A stretch of DNA of 64,000 bases from Candidatus Latescibacterota bacterium (GCA_965116875.1 OZ220733.1:768001-832000), one strand, 5' to 3'; positions 12,930-23,600 are shown, numbered from the stretch's first letter. The notes: generated by a model not told the origin, from the letters alone. Numbers and translations: made by a program.

Positions 12930-13034
12930 CAGGTACACTCCCGGTCAGCTTGATGGTCGCCCGGCTGAAACCAAAGGGAATGGTTGACCCGGTACCGGAA
13001 AAAGCCACGCAGGATCAATACCACCCCATTGGTC

Positions 13035-13060
13035 GGGCGCCCACAAGGGACGCCCCAACA
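13035..13060. repeat. REP-like palindrome
   Basis: GGGCGCCCACAAGGGACGCCCCAACA, an imperfect intergenic hairpin resembling GTAG-family REP sequences. Confidence 0.45.
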
Positions 13061-13178
13061 AAGCGGCGTATGATCTTGTAGCGCAAATGGCCAATTCTCT
13101 GTCCGGCGCGGCCGCCGGAAGGCGCTGGATCTGGTACCTGGAACCGGCAGTTCGCGGTGGGGTCAACGACGATGCGGC

Positions 13179-14261
13179 CTACGAGCCAAACGCATCCACA
13201 AATTTGAAAAAGTCAGCGAAATCCACAACGCCGTTGCCATCCAGGTCAAAGCGTGGGTCCGTACTGCCGTACGCGTCGGCGAAGAGGAAGAAATCCACGA
13301 AGTCCGTCCGGCCATCGCCGTTGAAGTCAGTGGACGCTTCCGGTGGGGCTGCGTCCGGTTGCGGCATATTGTAGGCGTAGATTTTTTCATCCTCGTCGTC
13401 CGCGACCCACATGGTCCTTCCATCCGACCAGATACCGGTCGGCTCGTCGTTTCCGGCGGCGTCCAGCGTGTTGAAGTCCTTCGCCGGGACACGCCTTCTG
13501 GTCGTCATGTCATAGGCATACAACTTTTCGTCTGATTGGTCCGCCACCCACATCGTCGTGCCGTCCGACCAGATGCCCTCCGGATCGTCGTTTCCCGCGG
13601 CGTTCAGCCGATTGAAGTCTTTGCTCGGATCCCGTACCCTCGTGGCCAGGACGTACGCGTAAATCTTGTCGTTGTCTTCGGTAAACCACAACCCCTGCGC
13701 GTCGTCCGCCACCCACATCGTCGTGCCGTCCGACCAGATACCCTTTGGCTCGTCGTTTCCAGCGGCGTCCAGCGTATCGAAGTCCCTGGCCTCGACACGC
13801 TCCCTGGTCGTCATGTCATAGGCATACAACTTTTCGTCAGATTGGTCCGCCACCCACATCGTCGTTCCGTCCGACCAGATGCCCTCCGGATCGTCGTTTT
13901 CCGCGGCGTTCAACCGATTGAAGTCTTTGCTCGAATCCCGCGCCATCGTGGCCAGGCCGTACGCATAAATCCTGTCGTTGTTCTCCAAACCATCCACCCA
14001 CCTGTCCGCGTCGTCCGCCACCCACATCGTCGTTCCGTTCGACCAGAGACCGGTCGGCTCGTCATTTCCGACGGCGTCCAGCGCATCGAAGTCTTTGCCC
14101 GGGTTCCTGTCGCAACACGCCTCCAGGGCCATCTTCCGTAACGCGCCCACGTCGCCGTCGTTGCCACCACTACCCGCACGGGAATACACGAACGACGCGA
14201 GCATCACAACAACAGCGAGAGTCCATACGACCCATCTTCGCCGGGAAACGAAGTTCTTCAT
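13179..14261 (-). CDS. Secreted five-repeat beta-propeller protein (paralog of 6085-7434) + C-terminal dockerin-like domain
   Basis: Signal peptide MKNFVSRRRWVVWTLAVVVMLASFVYSRA. Five KDF..L.AAGND.P.GIWSDGTTMWVAD...K.YAY repeats. C-terminus TDFNGDGRTDFVDFFLFADAYG. Confidence 0.85.
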   Translation of the reverse strand: MKNFVSRRRWVVWTLAVVVMLASFVYSRAGSGGNDGDVGALRKMALEACCDRNPGKDFDALDAVGNDEPTGLWSNGTTMWVADDADRWVDGLENNDRIYAYGLATMARDSSKDFNRLNAAENDDPEGIWSDGTTMWVADQSDEKLYAYDMTTRERVEARDFDTLDAAGNDEPKGIWSDGTTMWVADDAQGLWFTEDNDKIYAYVLATRVRDPSKDFNRLNAAGNDDPEGIWSDGTTMWVADQSDEKLYAYDMTTRRRVPAKDFNTLDAAGNDEPTGIWSDGRTMWVADDEDEKIYAYNMPQPDAAPPEASTDFNGDGRTDFVDFFLFADAYGSTDPRFDLDGNGVVDFADFFKFVDAFGS

Positions 14262-14312
14262 CGCCGCATTCCTCCTGTCACGATTCATTCCCTCGACCAC
14301 GTCCAACTGCGT

Positions 14313-16883
14313 TCACGACCCGAACGCATCGACGAACCTGAAGAAGTCAGCGAAATCCACGCTGCCGTTTCCATCGAGATCAAAGCGGGGGTTCGTGCTG
14401 CCGTACGCATCGGCAAAGAGGAAGAAGTCAATAAAGTCCGTCCTGCCGTCGCCGTTGAAGTCGGTTGCGGCCGCAGTGGGCAGGGCGACCGGCCGCTGCG
14501 AACCCATGTCGTCGGCGTCAACGTCGCCGTCGCCGTCAAAGTCAACCCGAAGCGCGGGGTACTGGGAAGCAGTCCCGAAATCCCAGGGATCATCATTCGC
14601 GCTGTCACCGTCCAGGTCCAGATCCCAGGTGGCGTAGATGCCCCTGTACCCCGTGGGCATTTGCAACTCCGCCGTCGTCTTACCTGTACCGCCGTCACTC
14701 AGCGGCTGCCTGGAGGTCTCGGTATTCCAATAGCTACTGTTGACGTCGTTACTGCTGCTGTGGCTGACGGAGTCTCGACCCACGAGCCCGCCGACGTTGG
14801 TACCGACGCCCAAGCCCGAGACATCGCCGGTCGCGTAGCTAGCGATGACAATTCCTCCGCTTCCTCGGCCGGAACTTGCGTTTCGCCCCACCAGCCCGCC
14901 GACGTTGCTACCGTCCCAGCCCTTAATCCCACCGGTCGCGTAACTTACGGTGATTCTGGCTCCGCTGTTACCAATGGCAATGTTGTACCCCACCAGCCCG
15001 CCGATGTTGCCGTAGTCGGCCGAAACCTCAGCGGTCGCGTAACTTGCCGTGATGATGGCTCTGCTGTTGACGATGGCAGTGTTAAGCCCCACCAACCCAC
15101 CTACGTTTGCGTCGCCCCCTCCCGCCACCTCACCGGTCGCGTAGCTTGCCGTGATGATGGCTCTGGCGCTGTCGACCGCAACATTGGACCCGACCAGCCC
15201 GCCAGCGCTGCAGCCGTCCAGGCACCCCACAGTCCCTGTCGCGTAGCTGGAGACGATGCTGTCAGTGTTGACCCCGACCAGCCCGCCCGAACTGCTGGAT
15301 TCACCGCCGCCCACAACCTCACTGGTAGCGTAGCTTGCAGTAATAATGCCTCTCTCATTGCCTGATTTTGCGTTTCGCCCCACCAATCCACCCGCACTAC
15401 AACCGTCGCTCAGGCACCCCACAATCCCCGTCGCGTAGCTGTCGGCAATGCTTCCGGTATTGTGCCCAACCAGCCCACCGATGTTGGATCTGTCGTGGCA
15501 CTTCGCCGAAACGATCGCATAGCTGTCGGCGACAACTCCGCGGTTCCTACCGACTAACCCGCCGACATTGGATTCAACCCCGCCCACGGCAAGCCCCGTC
15601 GCATGGCTGGCTACTATGCTGCCGGTGTTGAACCCCACGATCCCGCCGACGGACTGGTTTTCGCCCGAGCCGGTCACGGCCAGGTCGCGTACCTCCACAT
15701 TCCGTACCTGCCCGCTGGCTTTGACATACTCGAACAAGCCAATTCGTCCCGTCGAACGGCTGATGTACAGATTGGCGATGGTGTGGCTATTGCCCTCGAA
15801 CGTGGCTGCAAAGGCTTCTATGGGCAACCAGCCCGCGCCGCTGTTCCAACAGTTGTCGTCCGCATCCACGGCCCCATCGCTGTTCGTATCGAATTGCAGG
15901 TCGGCGTTCAACTCGTACCCCAGGCAGTCGTTATTATCGGCATCGTCTGCCGTGGTGGAACAGCCCATACCCGCTGCGGCACTTGGGAATGCGGTAGCGT
16001 AGGCGGCCGAATCGGCAACGTCATCCACGGCGCCGTCGCCGTCCCGATCCCATCGGACGGCGTTCAACTGTGCCAGGCTGCCGATTTCAATCAGCCCGTC
16101 GCCGTCGCTATCGTATGAGATTTCAGATGCAGTTTCGATTGCCGTGCCGTTCACACGGATCATCAGCGCACCGTCAAATGGAGTCCATTTCGCGCCCGTG
16201 GCTGGCTGCAATTCCAGGCGCCCATCGCCAGTTTGAACGTACCGCACCCTATGTCTGGCGTTCAGCTCATTTCCTATGCTCCAATCGACCGACGCACCGC
16301 AGTGCTCGCCGTCTGAGGTTGTGTACAGGAGGTAATTGTCTTTGAATCGGTTCTGAATGACGAATTGAACATTGGCGCTGTTATCGAGCCAAACGACGTA
16401 ACTCGTGTTCGCGTGCAGGTTTATGCCGCCGACCGGCGCTTCGAAACTGTTCAACCCGCCACTCAAGTTCCCCGATTTCGTCAACTCCCCCAGGGTCGTG
16501 CCCCCCGGGACGCCGTTGTCGGACAGATTGATTTTGACGGACGGCTTGACGCTGGGGACATCGAGACTGTTTTCGATTTCGACCTCGATGCTCGTCAACC
16601 TGTAACCTGCGGTGTGGCTGCCGGTCGTGAACTCCTGGGCGAAATCGTTGGCAATCATGTTGTAGTTCCCGGTTCTCTGTCCGGTGTTACTTGCCAATAC
16701 TTGAGCGTACGCCGGTTGGGTGGCGTCTGGTGACAGGGCGACCACGACAAGCAGCCGCGCCACGAGGGCTACAAGGCGGGCGACGTGGCTCGATGAAGCG
16801 TCAGTTGACCTGTACGTCAGGCGGCGACGGAGATGCCGGGTCAGTGTGTGGAAACGAAGCGCTCTAACGCCAGAGATATTCAT
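14313..16883 (-). CDS. Secreted GLUG-motif beta-helix adhesin-like protein + C-terminal dockerin-like domain
   Basis: Many (V/I)GGLVG.N....I.ASYATG.V repeats, an N-terminal AQEFTTG...Y.LTSIEV domain, and a C-terminal TDFNGDGRTDFIDFFLF. The start is uncertain; the ORF is open to 16988. Confidence 0.8.
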   Translation of the reverse strand: MNISGVRALRFHTLTRHLRRRLTYRSTDASSSHVARLVALVARLLVVVALSPDATQPAYAQVLASNTGQRTGNYNMIANDFAQEFTTGSHTAGYRLTSIEVEIENSLDVPSVKPSVKINLSDNGVPGGTTLGELTKSGNLSGGLNSFEAPVGGINLHANTSYVVWLDNSANVQFVIQNRFKDNYLLYTTSDGEHCGASVDWSIGNELNARHRVRYVQTGDGRLELQPATGAKWTPFDGALMIRVNGTAIETASEISYDSDGDGLIEIGSLAQLNAVRWDRDGDGAVDDVADSAAYATAFPSAAAGMGCSTTADDADNNDCLGYELNADLQFDTNSDGAVDADDNCWNSGAGWLPIEAFAATFEGNSHTIANLYISRSTGRIGLFEYVKASGQVRNVEVRDLAVTGSGENQSVGGIVGFNTGSIVASHATGLAVGGVESNVGGLVGRNRGVVADSYAIVSAKCHDRSNIGGLVGHNTGSIADSYATGIVGCLSDGCSAGGLVGRNAKSGNERGIITASYATSEVVGGGESSSSGGLVGVNTDSIVSSYATGTVGCLDGCSAGGLVGSNVAVDSARAIITASYATGEVAGGGDANVGGLVGLNTAIVNSRAIITASYATAEVSADYGNIGGLVGYNIAIGNSGARITVSYATGGIKGWDGSNVGGLVGRNASSGRGSGGIVIASYATGDVSGLGVGTNVGGLVGRDSVSHSSSNDVNSSYWNTETSRQPLSDGGTGKTTAELQMPTGYRGIYATWDLDLDGDSANDDPWDFGTASQYPALRVDFDGDGDVDADDMGSQRPVALPTAAATDFNGDGRTDFIDFFLFADAYGSTNPRFDLDGNGSVDFADFFRFVDAFGS

Positions 16884-16962
16884 GACCACGTTTCGAATTG
16901 CTGTGAAACCGGATAGAAGGGCGACGCTGCGTGCTGACAAGACTGGAATCAGCCAAATGCCA

Positions 16963-17433
16963 TTATGGTTCTCTGTCACCGTCTTCATATTTCGGCTTCG
17001 CCTGATTGGCGCAATTGTGAAGATTGTTCAAAACGGGTTGGAAATCCGGTCCGTGGGAATCCCGAATTATCGATTGGAACGACGACCCGAACGCGTCGGC
17101 GACAAGGAAGAAACCCACGAAATCCGTCTTTCCACCGCAGTTGAAGTCGGTCGCTGCCGGCGCCTGACCCTGGCCGCAGCAGGACAGATCGACCCGGTCA
17201 AGGTCGTTGTTCGCAATGTGCTTCAGCCCCGGCGGGATGCAACCTTTCAACTGGTTGGCAGAGAGATACAGGTGCGTCAGATTGGTCGGGCTATCAAGTT
17301 TCGCGGGAATGGGGCCGGTCAACTGGTTATCGGAGAGACTCAGCCTAGTCAAGCTTATCAGATTGCCAGGCTCCGCCCGTATAGAGCCGGGATTCGAGGG
17401 AACATACTTGCCACCGGACAAGCCAACGTTCAC
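16963..17433 (-). pseudogene. Remnant of an LRR + dockerin-like gene
   Basis: Only about two plant-type LRRs (NQLTGPIPAKL, NQLKGCIPPGL), then a decayed first EF-hand (TDFNCGGKTDFVGFFLVADAFG). The second EF-hand is lost and there is no signal peptide. Confidence 0.7.
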
Positions 17434-17524
17434 CGACGCATTACCAGGAGCGGAAAATAGCTGACATTCATTGCTCCTCAGGCGGTGGAAAGGAACGTGC
17501 CCGGGAGGGGACGCTGCGTGGGTT

Positions 17525-17645
17525 GCGCCTGTCGAAACGAGCCTGCATGCATTGCCTGTGCTGCCTGCACTGAGCTTGCCGGAGTGCGCCTGGCGAAGTA
17601 AGCCCGTCGAATGGTCGAAGGCGCTGCCCTAAGCCTGTCGAAGAG
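17525..17645. repeat. Cluster of degenerate REP-like palindromes (GCCCTGAGCCTGTCGAAGGG type)
   Basis: GCCTGTCGAA, CACTGAGCTTGCCGGAGTG, TAAGCCCGTCGAA and GCCCTAAGCCTGTCGAAGAGG occur in tandem. Confidence 0.5.
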
Positions 17646-17797
17646 GTCGGTGAACGGTGAAAGAGGCGCCGGAACGCGGGCGTTACAACAAGCGGGGAAC
17701 TGTCGCAAAATGCGACAGTCGTGGCAGGATGACCGGCACTCGCTTCAACGCAGCCGGGCGGATGCCTCTGCCAATGAGACCAATGGGCAATGCTGTT

Positions 17798-18223
17798 TCA
17801 GTCGATCGGGTTTGCGGTGAGAAACATGGAATTCGCCAGGGACGTGAAGAAATTCTGGTATATTACGGGTTCCCTGACCGGTTGGCCGTAATACGCATTC
17901 ATGCGCACCAACACCTGCGTCGTGCGTCTCTTACGAACGGTTACTGTTAATCGAATTGGATATTTGTCAATTCTATTGGCCGTGATCGTTCCAAGCGCTT
18001 CATCTGCTTTGTCAATAACAAAGCCGAAGTCCTGAAGTGTGGCTATAATGGCTCTAAGCGTCATATTCTCGTTTGTCGTATCGAATGCGCGGGTCTGCAT
18101 GCTCCGGATTTTCAGCTGGCTCTCTAACAATTCAACCCTCGGCGACTGCTTTGTTGATGAGGCGCAGCCGGATAGCGCAACGCATACTGCCATCATCGCC
18201 ATTAATTCGCTGGAAAGTCTCAC
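17798..18223 (-). CDS. Uncharacterised lipoprotein, paralog 4 of the tandem array
   Basis: Lipobox ALSGC. Shared motifs RSMQTRAFD, ATLQDFGF.I..A...LG.I and YQNFF..L..SMFLTA..D. Confidence 0.85.
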   Translation of the reverse strand: MRLSSELMAMMAVCVALSGCASSTKQSPRVELLESQLKIRSMQTRAFDTTNENMTLRAIIATLQDFGFVIDKADEALGTITANRIDKYPIRLTVTVRKRRTTQVLVRMNAYYGQPVREPVIYQNFFTSLANSMFLTANPID

Positions 18224-18363
18224 GTCGGTATTCCCTTGCTGTGACTTGCAGAATGACTATCAGAAGCGGAAATAGCTGGCTTTCCTGGCTCTACTGCATC
18301 GGAGGATACAACCGAAATATGACGCCCCCCGTGATTTGTCGTCAAGACCGACTTTGGTACGGT

Positions 18364-18789
18364 TCAATCTACCTCATGTGCGGTCAGAAACATCGATTTT
18401 TCCAGGACGGTAAAGAACTTCTGATAAACTGACGGATTTTCGACTCCTTTAGTGTTGTATTCCATATTCGCGCGCACCAACAACTGTGTTTCATTCCTTC
18501 GGCGCACTGTAACTGACACTTGCAACCCATCTGACACTCTCGCGGCGCTTACCATTCCAAGCGCTTTGTTTGCGTCACCCACCATAAAGTCGAAATCCTG
18601 AAGCGTGGAGATTACCGACCTGAGCACTTTTATCTTATCCGTGGAGTCGAATGCACGGGTCTGAATGTTCCGCAGCCTGACTTGACTTGTATCCATCGTC
18701 ATCAGTTGCCTGTTGGGCGTTGCACATCCGGACAATCCGAATAGCATCGCGGTGGCAATTGAAGCCGTTAACATCCTGCGACGTGTCAT
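18364..18789 (-). CDS. Uncharacterised lipoprotein, paralog 3
   Basis: MTRRRMLTASIATAMLFGLSGC lipobox; RNIQTRAFD; YQKFFTVLEKSMFLTAHEVD. Confidence 0.85.
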   Translation of the reverse strand: MTRRRMLTASIATAMLFGLSGCATPNRQLMTMDTSQVRLRNIQTRAFDSTDKIKVLRSVISTLQDFDFMVGDANKALGMVSAARVSDGLQVSVTVRRRNETQLLVRANMEYNTKGVENPSVYQKFFTVLEKSMFLTAHEVD

Positions 18790-18871
18790 TCTTACCGTTC
18801 CTTTCAGAACGCTTCCCCGTATCTGTATTGGGTGGGACAAGTACTGTATCCGGCTTGCATAGCGGAGACTT

Positions 18872-19321
18872 TCAGTCAACCTCCCGAGCCGTCAGAAAAA
18901 CCGATTTTTCCAGTACATTGAAGAAATTCTGGTATACGAGCGGTTTTTTTACAGCCTTCTGATTGTATTGCGCGTTCGCACGTACCAACAGTTGGGTCTC
19001 GCCCTTTGGACGAACCGTAACAGTGATCAGAAGGGGATACGTCTTCTTTTCGAACAGCTTGTACTTTATGTCTGTTGTACTGGCGCTGACCGTGCCGATC
19101 ACTTCATTCGCTTCGTTGACGATATAGCCCAGATCCTGAAGCGCGTATATTACGGTCCTGAGCATTTTTTCTTTATCCGTCGAGTCGAATGCTCGGGTCT
19201 GCATGGTTCGCAGATTGACCTGGCTTTCTTCCATCTTCAATAGATGCTCTTTTGATGACGTGCAACCGCAAAACACGACAAGTACGAGAATGGCAGCCGC
19301 AATTTGCCCGGTAGTTTTCAT
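18872..19321 (-). CDS. Uncharacterised lipoprotein, paralog 2
   Basis: VVFCGC lipobox; RTMQTRAFD; YQNFFNVLEKSVFLTAREVD. Overlaps the upstream stop (ATGA coupling). Confidence 0.85.
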   Translation of the reverse strand: MKTTGQIAAAILVLVVFCGCTSSKEHLLKMEESQVNLRTMQTRAFDSTDKEKMLRTVIYALQDLGYIVNEANEVIGTVSASTTDIKYKLFEKKTYPLLITVTVRPKGETQLLVRANAQYNQKAVKKPLVYQNFFNVLEKSVFLTAREVD

Positions 19322-19920
19322 TTTTGTTGCCCTTCCAGAAACGCCGACTTTGACAAGAGATCGAAGAACTTTTGGTAGAATTCAGGCTCATCCAGGCTTT
19401 GGAGCCGATCCAGGTCGTCTTCCGTATTCCAGACAATCCGCTGAAACGTGACCCTCACATCGTGTGTTCTTTCGCCATTTCTCAATGCAGGACGGATAAC
19501 GATAGAGGCCCACAACTTTTGATAGTCGTCAACCGGAAATAATAGGGGGCCGTCCGGCTCCATGCCAAGCGCAGCAGCCATTCCATAGCCCAACCACATA
19601 AATGCTGTACCAAACACCTGTCCCACCCTCTGCTTTAAATCTGGATCTGCGTCTCGTTTTTTCGAGCCAACGATAAGTCCGAGGTTCGGTTCGCTCTCAT
19701 CGACAATGAATCCCAGGTCCTGAACCACGCCAGTCGCTGCCGAAAAAAGATCGGCTTCCGAAATTCCTTCGTATTTCCTTGTCTGCGAAGCCCGGTTCTG
19801 CAGCGATTCCGGCGTCAGCCTCAGGAGATGCGCGGGAAGACCACCCCCGCCGCCACAGCCTGTCAAAGTCACAGCCGCTATGACAAGTGGTATTGCTGAA
19901 CGGGTCCTTATATGGATCAT
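19318..19920 (-). CDS. Uncharacterised lipoprotein, longer and more divergent paralog 1
   Basis: VTLTGC lipobox; NRASQTRKYE; VVQDLGF.VDESE..LGLI; FYQKFFDLLSKSAFLE. Confidence 0.85.
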   Translation of the reverse strand: MIHIRTRSAIPLVIAAVTLTGCGGGGGLPAHLLRLTPESLQNRASQTRKYEGISEADLFSAATGVVQDLGFIVDESEPNLGLIVGSKKRDADPDLKQRVGQVFGTAFMWLGYGMAAALGMEPDGPLLFPVDDYQKLWASIVIRPALRNGERTHDVRVTFQRIVWNTEDDLDRLQSLDEPEFYQKFFDLLSKSAFLEGQQK

Positions 19921-19980
19921 CCCTGGGGCTCCCGTGTTTCGTGGTTTGCAACCGATATTTCGATAATGGGTTTGTACTCT

Positions 19981-20418
19981 TCAGAACCGCGACGCGTGAT
20001 AGGAGAAGTCCCTCACCTTTTTGTTCTCGTCGAATTTTATGATCACGGTAAGCGTTCTCTGGGACGTCGATTCGGCTCCGGACTTTCCGGACAATTCGGC
20101 ACCCCTGACAACCCAATCGACCAGTCCGACAAGAATAAGAGATGGAATACCGGCCGTGCTGGACGAGTATGCCTTTTCTGTGGAAATCTTGTCATATATC
20201 CACACTTCCCGCCGCTCTTCGTCGGTCGAGACGACATTCGGCGATCCAAGAGCCTGCGCGACTTCGGCGCCGCTCATCCCGACCCTGATTTCCTTCTGGA
20301 CCACTCCCACGGTCATCCGGTCGCCCTCATCATCCCGCACAGACGATCGGTGATGCTGCGCCACCATACACCCCGACAGGGTCAGTACCGTGATTGCCGA
20401 TACCAGATAGGCTTTCAT
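19981..20418 (-). CDS. SmpA/OmlA (BamE-like) lipoprotein
   Basis: MKAYLVSAITVLTLSGC lipobox; IRVGMSGAEVAQALGSPN...EVWIY...LTVIIKFDEN..V.DF pattern. GGAGG precedes the ATG at 20418. Confidence 0.75.
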   Translation of the reverse strand: MKAYLVSAITVLTLSGCMVAQHHRSSVRDDEGDRMTVGVVQKEIRVGMSGAEVAQALGSPNVVSTDEERREVWIYDKISTEKAYSSSTAGIPSLILVGLVDWVVRGAELSGKSGAESTSQRTLTVIIKFDENKKVRDFSYHASRF

Positions 20419-20643
20419 GTTCGATTCCTCCTGTTTACATGCAGACGGTTTTACGCACGTCGAGTCAAAAGCGCGGCTTAACCCGGTCACGTGCGCTTAA
20501 GTACGTTTTGCGAGGTTTTTGTCATCTTTGGGTATGGTCATAAAGAACCGGGATTCATGACCCATTTAGGGAACGCCTGGACCTGGTCAACTCCCGATAT
20601 ACCGATGTTGACGAAAAACGTCAACCGCCATCCCGGAGGCGGC

Positions 20644-23600
20644 CTACCCCGACGTGCCGAAAGCATCCACGAACTCGAAGAAGTCCGCAAAGTTCACGAT
20701 GCCGTTGTCGTCGAGGTCGTATTTGGCGTCCGTGGTGCCGAAGGCGTCCACGAAGTCGAAGAAGTCGGCAAAGTTTACGATGCCGTCGCCGTTGAAATCT
20801 GCGGTCTTCTGTCCCTGCGGCTGGCTGCAGTCCGGCAAATTGAGCTTGTCCATGTCATGTCTGGAAATTTCCCTCAATGCAGGGGGAATGCAACCTGTCA
20901 GCGAGTTACCTGCGAGATACAGCAGACCCAATCTGGCAAGGCCGCCAAGTGTCGAGGGTATGGATCCGGTCAGCCTGTTGTCGTCCAGGCGCACCTCCTG
21001 CAGCAGACTCAGATTTCCCAGTTCCGCGGGGATCGTACCGGTAAACCGGTTGCCGAATATGAGCAGTTGCCACAGTTCGGTCAGGTTGCCCAACTCTGTT
21101 GGGATTGCGCCGGTCAACTGGTTCTCGTAGAGGTTCAGTATCTGCAAGCGGCGCAGGGTACCTACCCATGACGGGATATTACCGGTCAACCCATTGATCT
21201 GAAGGGCCAACTTTCGCAGGTTGGTCAGGTTTCTCAGCTCCGCCGGGATGGTACCGGTCAACAGGTTGCTCGGAAGAACCAGATGGGTCAGGCCGGTCAT
21301 CGAACCCAGTTCCGCAGGTATGGTCCCGGTCAACTGGTTGTAGCCAAATTGCAGGGCGTTCAGGCCGGTCAGGCGGCTCAACCCGGCCGGTATCGTCCCG
21401 TTCAAACCCTTGTTCCAGAGTCTCAAATTCGTGACGCGTTGGGGCGTACCGCTGATTGTGACACCGTCCCACGTCGCAATCGCAGTATTCTCCGACCAGT
21501 TCAGCGTCGCTGTCCCTCTCAGGGGATCCCGCGCCTCCAACAGCACATTGCAGTCGGAGACCAGCCACGGATTGGCGGCAGGGTTGGGTACAGCGCTTCC
21601 GGTCGCGCACGGGCCCTGCGGCGCCGGAGGCGTGGGAGCGGGGGCAACCGCGAGGGCCAGACCGGATGGATTGGACAGACCGTCGGCTCTGGCCACGAGG
21701 TCTTCGACATTCGACCCGTCGAGGTTGGCGCGCTGAATCTTTGCAAAGCCGCCGTTGGTCCAATACATCTTGGCGCCCGCCAGATCCAGCACGAGTTCGT
21801 AGGGTTTATCCAGACCGCGGGTAATCAGGTCTTCGACATTCGATCCGTCGAGGTTGGCGCGCTGAATCTTGTCTGCGTTCAAGTTCGTCCAATACATCTT
21901 GCCGTGCACCACGTCCAGCGCCAGGCCGCTGGGACCGTCCACACCACTGGTGATGAGGTCTTCAACATTCGAGCCGTCAAGGTTTGCACGCTGAATCTTG
22001 TGCCAGGACGAATCCGTCCAGTACATCTTGCCGTTCGTGACGTCCAGTGACAGCCCGCCTGGACTGTTCAAATTGCGGGTGACGAGGTCTTCGACATTGG
22101 AGCCATCGAGGTTGGCGCGCTGGATCCTGTCCGTGCCCCAGTCCGTCCAGTAGAGCTTACCGCCGGGCACGTCCAGCGCCAGCCAGACCGGTGCCCGACC
22201 GCTGGTGACCACGTTTTCAATATTCGATCCGTCGAGGTTGGCGCGTTTGATCTTGTTTCTTTCCCATTCCGTCCAATACATCTTGCCGCCATCCACGTCC
22301 AGCACCAGCCCGACCGGCCCATCCAGTCCGTCGGTTTCGGTGACCAGGTCTTCGACATTGGAGCCATCGAGGTTGGCGCGCTGAATCTTGTCTTTGCTCG
22401 CGTCCGTCCAATAAAGCTCCGGATTCGCCTGCGGTTCGTTCACATCGGTCAGGTTGATCGTCACGTCTATCGTGGCACTGCCGCCCTGGCCGTCGGACAC
22501 CCGCACCGTCACCTCGTAGCGGTTCTTCACGTCGTAGTCGTAGATGACGCCCGTTTTGGTCTGCAACTGGCCGCTGGTTGAGACGAGGACGAAACTCGCG
22601 GCATCCGTACCCTCCAGGCTGTAGGAGAGTGTTCCACCGTCGCCATCCGTCGCACGAATCGGGCCGCCGACGTTCTGTCCCGCTGGCGTATTCTCTGCGA
22701 AGCTGCGCGTTGTGCTGGCGCCTTCGCTGAACGTCGGTACCTGATTCGTCTCTCCGCCTACCTCCGCGGTAACCGGCAACTGCGCCGTCAGCGACGCCCC
22801 ACTGTAATTCGCGATTGCCCCGGCGCCCACCGTGAACGTCAGCGTGCCGTCGGTGTCAATGTCGCCGTTAAAGGTCAGCGTGACTGTCACCTTCGTGTCG
22901 CTCGCACGCTGCACGCCGAACGTGCCGACGCTCACGCCGGTGATTCCTGAGACAGTCACACCACGCCGCACATCGAAAACCGAACTCGCGTACTTTCCTC
23001 CCGTAAGTGTCAATGTGACGACGCTGCCGTTCAGCGTCGCTTCCGTCAACGGAGACACCGTCGTCGCCGTCACCGATTCCATCCCCGCGGTAACCGGCAA
23101 CTGCGCCGTCAGCGACGCCCCGCTGTAGTTGGCGATGGCCCCCGCCGTCACCGTGAACGTCAACGCGCCGTCCGCGTCGATGTCACCGCTGAACGTAAGC
23201 TCAACCGTCACCTTCGTGTCGCTCGCACGCTGCACGCCGAACGTGCCAACGCTCACGCCGGTGATTCCTGAGACAGTCACACCACGCCGCACATCGAAAA
23301 CCGAACTCGCGTACTTTCCTCCCGTAAGAGTCAATGTCACGACACTGCCGTTCAGCGTCGCCTCGGTCAATGGAGACGGCGTCGACGCCGTCACAGATTC
23401 CATCCCCGCGCTCACCGGCAGTGTCGCGATGAGTGCGGGACCGCTGTAGTTCGCGATCGCGTCCGCGCCCACGGTGAACGTCAACGTGCCGTCCGCGTCG
23501 ATGTCGCCGTTGAAGTCCAGTTCAACCGTCACCTTCGTGTCGCTCACACGCTGGATACCGAACGTGCCCACGCTCACGCCCGTAATCCCCGATACGGACA

